DNA of 61,715 nt, counting the filler, from Choristocarpus tenellus KU-1152 (lineage: Eukaryota; Protista; Phaeophyceae): NCBI GenBank assembly GCA_964200185.2. It is 11 parts of 11 records of this genome, joined end to end, with 100 filler letters (N's around TTAATTAATTAA, not from the genome) between each part and the next. Parts side by side here need not be neighbours in the genome. Positions count along the whole stretch, not along the records: positions 1 to 5,972 come from CAXNAD020009281.1; positions 6,073 to 10,972 come from CAXNAD020012607.1; positions 11,073 to 17,302 come from CAXNAD020008622.1; 8 more parts are not named here. One strand, given 5' to 3'. Below, in pieces: positions 1 to 13,211 of the stretch. The notes under the pieces were generated by a model that was not told the DNA's origin, made no database searches, and saw only the letters and a list, made by a program, of their open reading frames with translations. Made by a program: the position numbers and the translations under genes. The first letter of the stretch is position 1. Every line of letters starts with the position of its first letter.

Positions 1-228
1 CCCCCTCCCAGATACTTTGGGTCAGTACAAAGGTGTGTGTATTTTTGAATAATACTTCAATAGTTGAGTGGTATTTGTAGGTTTCATTGTGAAGAAGCAG
101 ACAAACAGGTCAGTTCCTCCATGCCACCAAAGTATCATGTCGTGAATGTGTTCTGAACTGCAACTATTTGTAAAATATCAAAATCATCAGACCGAAGTTG
201 ATGCCATTTTTTGAAACTTGTATCATAC

Positions 229-2115
229 CTGCTGTATTCCATGCTATACCTATCCCTCAAGCGTTCCTGTTCTTCCTCAGTTAGAACCCTCAGCTCATTT
301 CTCAAGGTTCCAGGCTTACCGCCGAGTTCACTGTTTTGTCCACTGGACAAATCTGTGCCGCTCTCAGCTTCCTCACCATACAGAAGCTCTGCACCTCTGT
401 GTTGTTTGAGATGGTCGGGGGGCACATGTGCTTTTGATTTTATTTCGGTGCAACAGCTATGGATTCAAGGAAACCTCACCTTACACTAGTTATTGTGCTT
501 GCATGTTATTTACTGCCACAATGATTTAATGACCAGAGTCCAGCAAAACACATTTAAGGTGGATTAAAGAATAACTAATCCCGGTTTCTTTCATTCTCAC
601 CGCCACCACTTGGCTCTCTCTTCTTTCTTCTGCCTTTCCCTGTTCTCTCTCTCCCTCACCTTGCGCTCCAGGTCTTGTTGCCTGGTCATTTTTTTTCAAA
701 GTTAAGGTAATACGCAGCCATTAAAAAGAAGAAAGACAGGCTTACTCTATTGATTAGGGGACATACGTGGATTGCAACTATTGCGCTTATGAGATGGCAT
801 GCATGTCGCATTGAACAAATGATATACAGGTCACACTGAACATGTGACACAAAAATCACGTTGAAGAAATGAGATGACCTATCCACTAACTCTTTGATTT
901 AGTTTCTATTAATTGTCGACAGGTAGTATCCTTCATTTATGAAGGAGAGGGAAGGTCCCAGAGATGAGTCAAATTATCTTAGAGGGTAGAGCTGCGTCCA
1001 TTTTGGGGTCAAAATCCAATGTTGTGATTTTGATGTAATTTTGACCATTGTGTTTGTTTGGAAGTGTCAATATCTACGTTTCGGATGCACCTTTTCACAA
1101 CGTATACATTTTTCCTACTCCTAAACATTTTGGAGTAGGAAAATGTCTAAAAAAAAACATGGGAAGCCAAGCCCCAAATGGACAAACAGGGCAAAAATCG
1201 TACCCTCTGAGATAATTTCACTCAGATCTGACCTGGGTGTTTCAACCCCATGAGGTAGTCTTTTTGTTGACGAAATAAATGTATTTTACTTACTGAGTTC
1301 TGTTCGTGTGACTGTCTGAGCTCACCTTTTCTCCTCCTCTTCCTTGCGAGCTTCTTCAATTGTAGGTATACCTTCTATGTGAACTTTGCTTGGATCCAGA
1401 GTGCCATCCTTCAATAGTGAAGAGGAAAACGCGATGTGGAAGAAGGTTGCACATAATATGGAATGGACTTTGCTCAAACGTGAAAGTTATTATGAGGTGA
1501 ACATATGCCACGATATCCTTCTCAGTATCTCACTCATTTATAGTTGGATAACTTGTTAGAATGGTTGGTCGAGAGTCTACCTCCCTTGCACAACAGTACT
1601 TCAACCTGTTTATCGAGAACTATTTCAATCTTTACATGCCCACCTAACCTTGGCACACTCGGACTGCCATTCTTAGCACAACATCGCTTTTGAAGGTTTT
1701 AGTTATGGTGAAGGTGCATTATAAGAATTTTAGGCAGTGCGCTGTCTAGTTGATTATACCACTCAAGCTGCAAGGTGCGGCATGTAAGGCGACTTGGTAT
1801 GTCTAGGTTGACATTCGGGACTAACTGATCCAAGACGAATCATGTTGATCAAAAATTAATGCCACAAACAGGGGCATTTCGGTAAGTATGCCTCACTGGC
1901 TCCCTAGGTCAAATGTATGCTGGCAGGCTCTGAGGAAAAAGTCTGGCGCGACTATTGACTGTACTCAACTCTCTTCTCCTCACCTTCATACCCCTTATGG
2001 CGTCGTTAACCGCATCAACTTTGGATATGAAGTTCTCGATTTCGTCCTCCTTTACACCCGTCCTCCTCTCCAAGTTGAGGAGGCGGTCGACATCGAAGCT
2101 TTTTGCACCCGTCAT
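229..2115 (-). CDS. 5' part of a spliced gene, coiled-coil N-terminus, possibly TTC12-like TPR protein
   Basis: Four phase-compatible GT-AG exons 2115-1984, 1408-1326, 681-601, 396-229 give MTGAKSF...EIENFISKVDAVNDAIRGMK/DGTLDPSK...EEEEKR/QQDLER...AKWWR/GAELLY...RYSMEYS. TTC12 resemblance is by memory of its N-terminus only; no TPR in the window. Confidence 0.7.
966..1223 (+). mobile_element. MITE family A, in intron
   Basis: TIRs GAGTCAAATTATCTTAGAGGGTA / TACCCTCTGAGATAATTTCACTC; 4-bp TSD AGAT. Confidence 0.93.
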
Positions 2116-2346
2116 GGTATATATCGCTCCCAGAAGGTCGCTGTGAGCTGCGGACTGGACAAAGAACTTGACACTTATCCCTGCTTTTAGGAGTGTAGAG
2201 GAGTAGCGGCGGAATTATTTAACCTGCGTGAAACCGTACACTACACGCCTCTTAGGTACTACAAACGATTCAACATGAGGTTCAAGTGTTATGTGTGAAG
2301 TTTGCATGAACCCTGCGTGGACCTCCAGGTCCCTGAAGGACGTAGG

Positions 2347-4027
2347 ATGGTGCCACGGGGTACAATTGTCCTGCCTCTACTCCTACATAATGCATTCGGA
2401 CTCCTTACCTCTCTCCATGACCTTCTAAGGCCGCTGGTGGTACCCAAACTCGGAGACACTTCAAGAGTTGCACGTTGCTCTTATTGTTGGACCTTGAGGA
2501 ATATGAAGCTTAGAACAGAAGCTCGCTCAAGAGGTCTGAGCAGCTTAGAAGATGTGGGTGATCTAGATAGTCTAACCAGTATACTGGACATGGGTGGGGA
2601 TGATGTTGATGACGTTACTGTCCTCCTGAAGATCTTGCGGGCCAGGAAGGAGTCACCCAATGGCCAAGGCGTCGGACAAGCCTTGGATAAGAAAGATGCT
2701 GTACGAGAAAAGAGTACAAGGGAATCTAAGGGTAAGGGTGGTAGGTTGGTCGAAAGCGTGGTCAGTGTGAATGGAATCGATGCCCATCTTGACATCGACA
2801 GGACAAATCCCAATGGCACAGTGGACAACGATGTTGGATTGCAGAGTACTATTGTTAATCCTGATGAGGTTGAGTACGATGCCGACAAGAGACGAACTGG
2901 GCGAAAATTGGGTCAGGTATCTGCACGTGGCGAAGAAGGCTTGAGTGAGCACGATCATACCCAACGAGAAGCTGCGACAGTCATGGCAGAGGCAGGTGAT
3001 AACGAGTATGTCCTGGAGAAAGATTGGAGTGGTGGGGAGAGTGGAGGTGGCGATAATCCACGTGAGCTCTTGGAGGAGGACGCCAGTGGCTTCGTCAGCG
3101 AGACACAGCGGGCGGTGAATTGTGACCTCTTGGCGCTGGGTCAACGGGGGCTTTGGAAGGAGGCTCTCGCGATTCTGGTTGGGGCCAAGGTGCGCGGGAT
3201 ACCAATCAACAAGTACATGTACAACAGGTATTATAACTTACACACTTGACAAGAGACCCAAGTATCTAGATTTCAACCACAGCTTGGATTTAGATTCATA
3301 TTGACATTATTAGAGCTCTAGGTCAGCGTCTTGGCTGGATGTTTATGGCAGGAGTGGTCGAATGTAGGCTAAGGATAGATGGATCATGTGTTGCAAACCC
3401 CACCATGGCAAAGCTGCCAGATGCTTGTTAAGTGATTGCTACAATGCTGCCATACATTTTGTAATAAAAGATTTCCGGTGCTTGACAAGTCTTGGTCTTG
3501 ATCCTATCCCTGTGCTCTTGGGACTGGAAGAGTCACTCACATGCAAACATTAAGGTCCTCCATAACACATGAAATTCTAAAGTAGAAAACTGAAATGCAT
3601 GTTCTTGTTCTAGTAATAGAAATATATATGCCATGATCCTATTTGGCAAGATATTGGATTAGTGTATGTTCATGGGAATCACAAAATGTTCTCTACATGT
3701 TGATTTGAGATTTGGTTTGGTGGCAACTAATGTGCACTCAAAACCATCGTATTGATAGTGTATTGTGTGTTCCTTCTGACACTACATTTCATTGCAAGTA
3801 TCAAAGCATTTGGGTTGTACTCAATTTTCTTCTCCTCCACAACTGCAGTGCTCTGACTGTGGTTGCAAAGGCGGGGAGGTGGAAGGAAGCTTTGTCAATC
3901 ATTGCTCAGATGGAAGAGGACGGGTTGAAGCCAGACCTGACCTCCTATGCGGCTGCCATTACAGCCTCGGCCAATGGGGAGCAGTGGGAGAATGCTCTAC
4001 AGTTGCTTGATGCTATGACTAAAAAAG
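2347..4027 (+). CDS. Pentatricopeptide-repeat (PPR) protein, 5' exons, probable signal/plastid-targeting N-terminus
   Basis: Exons 2347-3227 and 3849-4027 join in phase (YN-S-AL). PPR motifs LGQRGLWKEALAIL...GIPINKYMYN, VAKAGRWKEALSIIAQMEEDGLKPDLTSYAAAITASANGEQWENALQLLDAM. Hydrophobic start MVPRGTIVLPLLLHNAFG. Confidence 0.88.
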
Positions 4028-4820
4028 GTGCTGTCCTGCATATACCCACGAATACTTTGAAGCCCAACCCTAACCCCTGTCCTGACCAAAAGGTGTTTTG
4101 CCAGGAAAGTCTGCAATAGAGTGTGCTGCAGTAGTGCAGGCTAGCGCTGTTGTGGATTGGTGGTATCTGTAGAGAAGTAGGAATGTGCAGGTTGCGTGTA
4201 GAAGATCTGACGACTTCTCTTTGCCTCACATCAAAGCATCTAAGACCAGAGCATTGTAAAAAAACTATGTGCCAGTTGCTTGCAGAAGATCTCAGAATTT
4301 CTTTCCTTTGCAAGAACCCGTGTAAAGACTATAGCGTGGTGACTGGCTTGTGTGTGCAGTTGTACTGATACAATATTAAGAGGTATTGTATCGACTTTGC
4401 ACTTAGGACAAGGACACTTAGCATTTGAAGTCAAGATGGGTGTATTGGGATTGTTTGCATGCGCATATACTGGAGTATTCATTAGCAGGTATATCCCTCT
4501 TCAAATCGGTCTGTGTATCTGTAGGTCTCTCTCGCTCTGTGTATGCTCTTGTGTGTGTCAATACCATTTGAGAGCATTGCAGCCATCCTTTTCATTGGGT
4601 AGAGATGTCCTAGACGGTGGATTTTGTTTAGGTATACCCTAATCCTAGTCGGTAGCATTTTTTTTGTTTCATGTATGAAGTTCAGTGTACACGATTGCTT
4701 TAAAATATGCGTGTGCTATCTTCATCCATGCCTGAAGTAACACATTCGATCAATGGAGAAGCCTAAGGCTCCATCATGGTCATTCAAGAGTGCTTATACA
4801 GTACTCCAGATTATGCTTTT

Positions 4821-5042
4821 CCCTGGGGTAGTAGTCTAAGCTCAGACACAAGCAATAGAATACCCCAACCCTAACACTGAGTGATGCTGCAGCACCCTGG
4901 GGTGGTAATCTAAGCTCAGACACAAGCAATAGAACACCCCAACCCTAACACTGAGTGATGCTGCAGCACCCTGGGGTGGTAGTCTAAGCTCAGACACAAG
5001 CAATAGAACACCCCAACCCTAGCACTGAGTGATGCTACAGCA
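4821..5042 (+). repeat. Minisatellite, 3 x 74 bp
   Basis: Units start at 4821, 4895, 4969 (CCCTGGGGT...GATGCTGCAGCA), near-identical, no spacers. Confidence 0.93.
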
Positions 5043-5884
5043 ACTGCTGTGTATTGTAACTTTGATGGATTGGTTGATGTTTTTATCTAGTTACAAGGTG
5101 TGCCGGGGACAATGGGTGATAACGTCAAGTTATCGTTTGTGGCCACTTGTCTTACAGATGGCAGCATATTCCTGGCTTTGAGCACTCATCTTGGAAGGAT
5201 GGTTGGATGCGTTGCTCAGCATGTTGATTGATTTTTGGTTATCGATGGAGCTAGCTAGGCAGACTATTGTCATGGCAAGCTATTAGTGGTCAAAAGCATC
5301 GTAGATCCAGTGGAATACCTTCAACCCCAAATGGAGGTATCGATATGAATATCACATTCCCTCTGTGCATATGACCAAATGTGATACCTGGTTCTGGTTG
5401 TGTCTCTTTGCCACATTGAAGTTGCAAGGATTTATTGACTGGATATGATGAAGTTTATCTATCACAGAAATATGCATAGGTGATTTGTCCATTGTCAGAG
5501 GGATGTATTTGTTGGCATGGACTGCGTACAGTTGTGTCAGATGTTACCAGTTGTGCAAATGTTGGATTAACCTACGGAGGGATAATAGACCCATTATGTT
5601 GCCGCTGAAGTCAAAATATTGATTTTATGGGAGTATCTAAATAATTCGTAAGATGCTTTGATGAATGAGTTCCTTCAGTGCTCTGACCTGCTTTGAGGTA
5701 CATACGTTTGATTGGTCCATTGACTTGCAGGAGAAAGGGTATTTTAGCTTCGATTGTAATTTTTTTTTTATGAGTGCGGTGTTTGTATCAAACAGCAACT
5801 AGCCTGGCAATAACTACTAGTAGCCGGTTACCATCCGATCAAACGCAGTCAATTTCTGAAGTAGTAATCCAATTGGACACTGTC

Positions 5885-5899
5885 GGGTCAAAGTATCTG

Positions 5900-5937
<38 letters not shown>

Positions 5938-5972
5938 GTTGCGGGGAACAAATTTTTTTTTTTTTTTTCTTT
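5885..5972 (+). mobile_element. MITE family B end, truncated by contig break
   Basis: GGGTCAAAGTATCTGGGA + poly-G. Same terminus at 1-23, 11073-11088, 36783-36852, 37011-37043, 39625-39659, 44045-44084, 50482-50504, 50743-50768. Confidence 0.85.
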
Positions 5973-6072
5973 NNNNNNNNNNNNNNNNNNNNNNNNNNNN
6001 NNNNNNNNNNNNNNNNTTAATTAATTAANNNNNNNNNNNNNNNNNNNNNNNNNNNNNNNNNNNNNNNNNNNN
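5973..6072. other. Artificial contig linker (first of 10 identical linkers)
   Basis: N44 + TTAATTAATTAA (stops in six frames) + N44; repeated at 10973, 17303, 21992, 28611, 31308, 36853, 39455, 43945, 50505. A separate 10-N gap lies at 46322-46331. Confidence 0.98.
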
Positions 6073-9000
6073 TGGCGTTGTTGGGGAGTGTGTGTCGGTA
6101 GGGGAGGTGGGGGGGGTGGGGGGCGGGGGGGGTGGGTGGGGGAAGCGGGGAATTGATCGACACGATAAAACAGGAATGAGAACAACATTCCTGCATCATG
6201 AGTGATTAAAAGGTTGGGGGTACCAAGGCCTTCAGATGAGTGAAAGAGGGTGGTAGGGTAGATTTTGGGCACACACAAGTGTAGAATGATCAACCAATGG
6301 GAATCGAAGGCCGTGGTATGCAAGGGGGGGGGGGGAGGATTTGTAGCACACATGGAGCTATGAGATGACTTTAAGTTTTAAGTAGAGGTAATATTTTTGC
6401 TTGGAAACAAGGGGTTCATGGAGATATTATTGGTATATGTGAAGGGGATATGGTGATGTAGGCATGGGAGATCAAATAGTGATGGGGGTAGTAGTCGTGC
6501 TGCCTTGACGTGTGTATGTATCTGTGTGTGTGCGTGTTTTTTTATGGGAACACGCAATTTGGTAGCCTTGTGCGAATTTGCTCATGATAATCAGAGCTTT
6601 TGTGATTTCTTTGGTCTGCATGTGGTTGATGTGACCTCAACTGTTTTTTGTTCCTTACATATATTTTGGGGAGTCCCTTTGCCACGGTGGAATATTTATG
6701 AAGTAAGGGTTTCATTCCGTCTCCTAGGTGTATGAGTTGGAGGTAATGGAGTGAAGTGGAGTGGAAGATTGGCAGTGGAGAGTATTGATACTTGTTGACT
6801 TCTGTAGCTTTGAGGACGACGGGCTGATGGTACCACTTCAGGTACACCAGTAACTGACAGGGGGGGGGGGAGTTAGTTTTTTTTTAAAGTGTGGAACGAG
6901 GAAAGGTCAAGGTTCACCTTTTTCATTCTCTGGTCCTTGGACTAGAGAAGCAGTTTCATATTTAACAGGTGTTTGGAGTCTTTCTTGTACATAAAACGTC
7001 TAGTATTTATGTGTGGTGTGGCTTGTGTGCATGTGTGTTGTGTGTTGGTCCCTCTTTCGGCAAGGAACATTGTAGGCATCTGCAATGTGGTGTGATTGAT
7101 GCATAGAGGAGGATCATATTGCCCTGTGAACAGGAACAATTTTGTGCATTTATTGTAGTAGATAATAAATTAGGACCGATAAGGCATACTGATGTTGTGG
7201 TCTGAATATCCCCTCACTGTCACCAGCCTGAAATAGGCTTGGGTTTCGGAGCTATTGATGAGCCATTCTGCTTGCCTTCGGTGTCCTGTTCTTTCCGCAC
7301 AATGATATGTATTTCAATAACGTTGAAGTTAAGTTTGAAGTTGCTATGAGGCCTTGTGCGAGGACTTGTCTATTAGTTGAAGAAATACAATGCTTGCAAT
7401 AATACTGGTGGACATGATCCGGAAAGGTACAGGGCATGCAGGTTTACAGCACAGGCATACGCTTATAATGGATGCACTCTTGAGGTGGCATATGGCATAG
7501 AGATTCAGATCATAAGCAGTGAGTGGGGTGAATAGCCGGTATTTTTTCGTTTTTACTTTTTGCATGCTTTCTACATCTCTATCTCTTGCAAGTTGACTGT
7601 GATTGTGCCTCAAAAAAACAATAAAAAAAATGAGTGTGGTATGTGATGTAATACTTGATGTATGTATAATGAGTAGGGGGAGTTGACTTGGATTTTAAGC
7701 GTTTTCAGCATGTGCAGTTTTTTTGTTGCATATGGTGTGTGCTGTGTGATGTGCAGGCTACTTTACTTTTGACGTGCCTGAGCCCACATCATGATGAACC
7801 AGATCCCTGGACCACCATTTCAGTCGCTCATGTTAACAGGTTATGGAAAAGGAGCAATGTCACCTTCGAGCTCCTACTACTTACTCCCTGGCTTGACTCT
7901 CTAACGACCATCAAGGTATTGTCATTTTCTCATCTAGCCACACTTTATTATGTTAGAGGGGATCTTTGACCTGATATTCTGGGTTTTGACCCAGAGATCT
8001 TTGGGCCTGCTTAGTGTGCGGACACCTCCAGAATCGATCATGTGAACTGGAGGTCAATGGGACTAATCACTGCGGCAAAGAAGGAATCAGCTAAAACAAT
8101 CTCACCGGGGTCAATGGGACTAATGACTTCGATACGAGAATATGTGGCAATAGTTGGTAATGCCTGTTGTCTGGCTACAATTAAGGGCCCAGTGCGATAA
8201 ATGCTGTGTGCTTATATGTAGTGTATATATGTGGCATTTATTTTCCACTAATCCTTGGCTTTTGTGTCTTAATTCAGATTTCCACATTTATTCATGGTGT
8301 TGATTGATCCCTTTTCAATGACATGTATATATATATTGTATTGCCTGCTGCAAATACTCCACATATATATGCTCTTTATGTGCCTATACTGTATCCAGTA
8401 TATTTGTATCTGTTATTAGGAGTTCTGTTGAATACTATCATTAACGTTATTCCATACATACATAATAATAATGTAACAAAGCAATTGATTGGGTTTGGGT
8501 GTTTGGGAAATAAAATTGAAGTTGTGGTCAACGTGTTATTTGAGACAGGTTTGGATCCCTGTGGCATTCTGGGTCATCTTTCTTACCTTGTGCAAGACAT
8601 TATTTTTCATTTTTTTTTGTGCACAATGGTGTACCCAAATTGATACTCCTCTCGACACTCAAATTGACACCCCAATTCAGCAAAGTCTATTCCTTGAAAT
8701 TGTGCAAAATGACATATTTTTTCCTTTTTAGAAACCTCAGGATCCTCAAAATACAAACCTCTCGGTTGGTTTGACTCAATACTGATGATAGTATTGAGCT
8801 ACTACGTATGAATAGTTGCTGTACACGTAGGTGCAAAGAAGACACATATTTTGGTTTCCTTGGTGTGTTTTTGCATTGTGTTTTCTCCCTATTATACACA
8901 TGATGTACACCATTATTATTTGTTGTCTTGATTTCTCGGCTTTTTTTTTGTTTTGTCGCTAGATATTCTGTATAATATGAATAAATAATGTTTATATTTT

Positions 9001-9349
9001 CTTGCCTCTCTTCTCCGTGTTGTCTTTGAGAACGACTTCTTCTTCTCCAATATTTTATGTTGCTTCCTTCTTCTCTATCATTGATTAGACGAATTATATT
9101 ATCTATACAATTAATAACGTTTTCAACTATTATTATTGTGAAACAGATGGAAACAAACCGAGAGATTAAATTTATGCATAGACAGACAGATCTCCAGTTG
9201 ACAATGTCACACTGATGGTGTAGACGACCACCGTTGATGCTGGCGGTGTTGTGAGAGACCTTGTGGGTGGTGCGTGTGCAGTCTGGGTAACAGGCGGGGT
9301 TGGCGGTAAGGGATTTCGACCAAGCGAGTTATTCTCCGCTCACAGTCTT

Positions 9350-9780
9350 CAAAAAAAGGCGTAAAAGAGATGTCCAGAAACCTTCAACTTTTTTTTCGGT
9401 ATCCACACATCGACCAAACTTGGACATTGACCTACCCCAGACCAGTTTCCCCCAAGGAGTTCAGCCAACCACTTCATTTTTATCCGTTTTGAAGTCGTGA
9501 CCCTCCAAAATTGCGCTGGAGATGTTCCCCCGCGTTTTTGTCATTATTTGATCGGGACATAGCCCCCGTTCCCCGAAGCCTGGACATTCATGGAGATACA
9601 AACCTTCAAACCCTCTTGTCATACCCTTTCATTTCACATATATATATATATTGTATATTCTCAAAGCTATTTGATGTAACCCCTGTCAATGAGTGCAGTA
9701 GCATTGATAACTTTGGTGTGTGCATGGTGAAAAAATTCAAGATTGCCACAGAGGCCGAGTCTATTGCTACCACCTTATCA
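9350..9780 (-). mobile_element. Non-coding arm of the IS630/Tc1-like element
   Basis: Collinear with 51920-52290 (GGAGTTCAGCCAACCACTTCATTTT, CTCTTGTCATACCCTTTCATTT) and reverse complement of 42040-42400. Boundaries approximate. Confidence 0.8.
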
Positions 9781-10870
9781 ACCAAATAGTAGTAGTGTGG
9801 TTGCGAGAAAAAAGGTTTAACCTGTGTCTTACTGCCTTATTGCAACATCCCTCCCATCCATTCTAAACTTCACAAAAACCAACTTTTGACTATCCTTTGT
9901 CTCTCCTCTTCTTCTGTAGTCGCCCATAGCACTGACTGCCCAGCACCAATGACCTTCCTTTTACAGGGCATCATCAGTCTTCACCATCTATACAATTCAT
10001 TCTTGTTCCTCCGGCAAAGAGTTGAGTTTCTCACCACCAATCGTCATTATCATTATTGTTCTAATTATAGTAATTATTTTCATCCTCTTGCAAGTACAGA
10101 GAAAGTAGGCAAGGCACTCTCCATGCAAGAACCTGCACAACATCAACTTCTTCTAAGGCCTACAGGATGCCTTGATCGACTGCAACGCATGGCTGATGCA
10201 TGCATGCACAGCAACCACCGGGAGGGAACAGATACATCATCGTCACTCCTTGAAAATAATCAATACTCACATATTACTTTATAGTGTGTGTGTGGGATGC
10301 TACTACCTAACTAACAACAAGAAAAAAGTATCAAGGGAAACATTAAAAAATGAAAAAGATGGAGGAAGCAAAAAAGCCTAACCACCTACTACAACACCAC
10401 TAACCAAAAAGACAAAAAAATAGACAATCATTCAAACTTCACACCTACATGTAGTTGCATAATATGTAACAAAAAAAAAAAATGCAATTTTGTCAATGAG
10501 AAAAAAAAAATCGACACGCGCACAAACATACACACATTGAAATTGGATAGGGTCATAATATTTGAATCACAATATTCCAACTCCCTCTCCCTCCCATCCA
10601 GCCCACTCCCTCCCTAGTTACCTACCCTTATCATTACCGCCTGGTTTTCACCTCATTGAGCATACTATACACACCAGTCCACAAACAGGGACTCCAAGTC
10701 AAGAGACCAGACCCTCCTGCAATGCATTGCTCCCCCCCACTTTGACACCACCACTCTAAAAAGACTGACCATGCCTCTTTCTTTGAACGTACTTGTACGA
10801 ACCTTTCAAAATGGAACACACTCACTCACTATATGTGTGGAAGGGGAAAATACAACAGACAAATAACCAT

Positions 10871-10909
<39 letters not shown>

Positions 10910-12549
10910 ACACCCCAACACCACAAACACACCAACAAACCACAACACAACAAAACAAACACACAACAAGAANNNNNNNNNNNNNNNNNNNNNNNNNNNN
11001 NNNNNNNNNNNNNNNNTTAATTAATTAANNNNNNNNNNNNNNNNNNNNNNNNNNNNNNNNNNNNNNNNNNNNCAAGATACTTTGACCCTGTTTTTGTTAT
11101 ATTATCTGCCCTGTGTATGTTGCTTCTTGTTCCCTCCATGGTAGCATCAGCAATGTTAGTGCGCACAATAGACTACTAGAGATTATTTAGGCGATGTACT
11201 ACTGCATTAGGACCATCCAGGAGCAGCTACAGGGGCCCCCTCCTGATTTTGGCCTGATTTTGGGACTGCGAGAAGGGTATGGTTGACGAATTGTGGTCAT
11301 TTAAAGATACAGCATAGCCTACGATTGGTTTACTCAAGGAATCTAATCACCAACATAACAAGTACCAATCTTTTCTTAACTGCCTTGTGCTTCGTAATCC
11401 TCATAAAGTAGACACAGTTACTTGAGGGTTGTGGCAGACCTAATTGTTGCTACTGAGGTAAGGGTGTGGTTGATGGACTGATGAATTGTGACTGTTCCAA
11501 CGCCACGAAGGGAGGAACCCAGTGGTGACTACCACCACCCACTTTGATTCGTATCATTCCACATTTTTAGGGAGTTCTCACACCTGACAGGATGGCATTA
11601 TATTTGTTCTTGAGCGAGTGGACAGATGGTATGCTGTTCCGAATGGTTTTGAGGATAGGGCTCAGCGGACAGTATGGAATTACTTACACAAACTATCGAA
11701 ATAATCCGTTCAATATACTCCTCTAGCGGTATATACCATCTGTTAAAGTCAGGCTTGGTCCCAGCTGCAGTTCTGACTGCATTGCCTCGCTTGTCTCCGT
11801 CATCTTATCCAGGGATAAGATTGTTAGGAATAATGACCGTTGTCTGTAGATCACTTTCAAGTGTCACGGATACCACCCCAACGTTTCTCCTCTCTCATGC
11901 TCCATCTTGCCAATCCGCAAGCCTCCCCTTAGGGTTGTGGTGTGTTGGGTGGTGCTGTCCAAGATGGAAAGAGTCATCCGCATGGCAGGAATGATCGACT
12001 GCCTTATTTCAGAACCCTTCACCCCGTAGGGATGACCTGGGCCTAACTTCGGCTGGTACACAACCAGCCAGCTGAAGGCCGCCTGCTGGACACATCGCCA
12101 GGACAGCAGGATGGTCCCCAGCGCCAACTCCAATACTAACATCTGTCTGAAAACGGCAGTCCCGGTCTAGCTCTAATTCCATTATCGCCTTAAGTAAACC
12201 CTGCACAGTAGAGGAAAGCTGTTCAAGACGATCTTCAGCAAGTGGGCATCACGTCGGACTGGTGCCTCCCCAACCCATACCCCTCTCTCAAGACACCGCG
12301 AGTCAGCAAGAAAAAAGACAACACACCAGGAACAAGAACAACAAACAAGAATAGAAAAACAGACGAGCACAACCCCCAAAAAACACAAATAAGATCCCCC
12401 CCTTCAAGAAAATAAAAAAATGAAGAAGTGGAAAAAACAATCCGTCCCTCCAAAAAAAACACAACCAAGATCCCCCTCCCTCCTCCTCTTGAGCAACAAG
12501 GTGAGTGGGAAAGTTGACAAAATAGAACATCCCCTAAGTCCTTCACAAA

Positions 12550-12554
<5 letters not shown>

Positions 12555-12597
<43 letters not shown>
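12555..12597. repeat. (CT)n microsatellite
   Basis: About 21 CT units. Confidence 0.95.
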
Positions 12598-12603
<6 letters not shown>

Positions 12604-12962
12604 TTTACTTCTTTTTGCAGGATATCTCCTCCTTACATAAACCTCTCATGCATTTTCTTCCTATTCCCCCTAATATCATAAACTCCCTCTACCAATCCGA
12701 ACATACCCAGTCCCTTACGCCATGGCCTTCTTTGGAATGTTAATCAGGACTCCAACCACACCTAAAGGCGGCACTGTTAACATGAACAAACAACAGGGCA
12801 AAATCAACTCTCCACCACCTAGAAAGTCCCAGATGCTAGAACCATTGCGTCAGCCATAACAGATAGGCGTCCATTAAGGTTCATCTTGGCCTTGCACAGC
12901 AAATCGCAACCAGGACCAATGCCACGCTCCTCTGCTTGCCCCTCTATCTGTGTGCAAACAAT

Positions 12963-13211
12963 GAGCCAAAGTATCTCAGAGGGTAGAGCCGCGTCCATTT
13001 CGGGGTCAAATTCCAATGTTCCGATTTTGATGTAATTTTGACTATCATGTTTTTGAGGAAGTGTCAATATCCTTGTTCCGGACACACCTTTTCAAATTTT
13101 ACCTACTCCGAAACATATCGGAGTAGGAAAATGTCATAAAACACATGTGGGAAGCCAAATCCCAAATGGACAAACAGGGCAAAATTCGTACCCTCTAAGA
13201 TACTTTCACTC
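12963..13211 (+). mobile_element. MITE family A
   Basis: GAGCCAAAGTATCTC...AGATACTTTCACTC; 3-bp TSD AAT. Confidence 0.93.

Noticed and set aside
4821-5042. Possible CRISPR-like array
   Set aside because: Whole 74-bp units repeat with no unique spacers; intronic minisatellite.
6017-6028. TTAATTAATTAA as a biological motif or piggyBac site
   Set aside because: Always centred in an N-padded linker; assembly artefact.
6073-9300. Short ORFs and small duplications (GGTCAATGGGACTAAT at about 8052 and 8109)
   Set aside because: No recognisable domain or consistent exon chain.
11100-12480. Possible LINE 3' end with A-rich tail
   Set aside because: Too decayed; no RT or endonuclease motif could be read.
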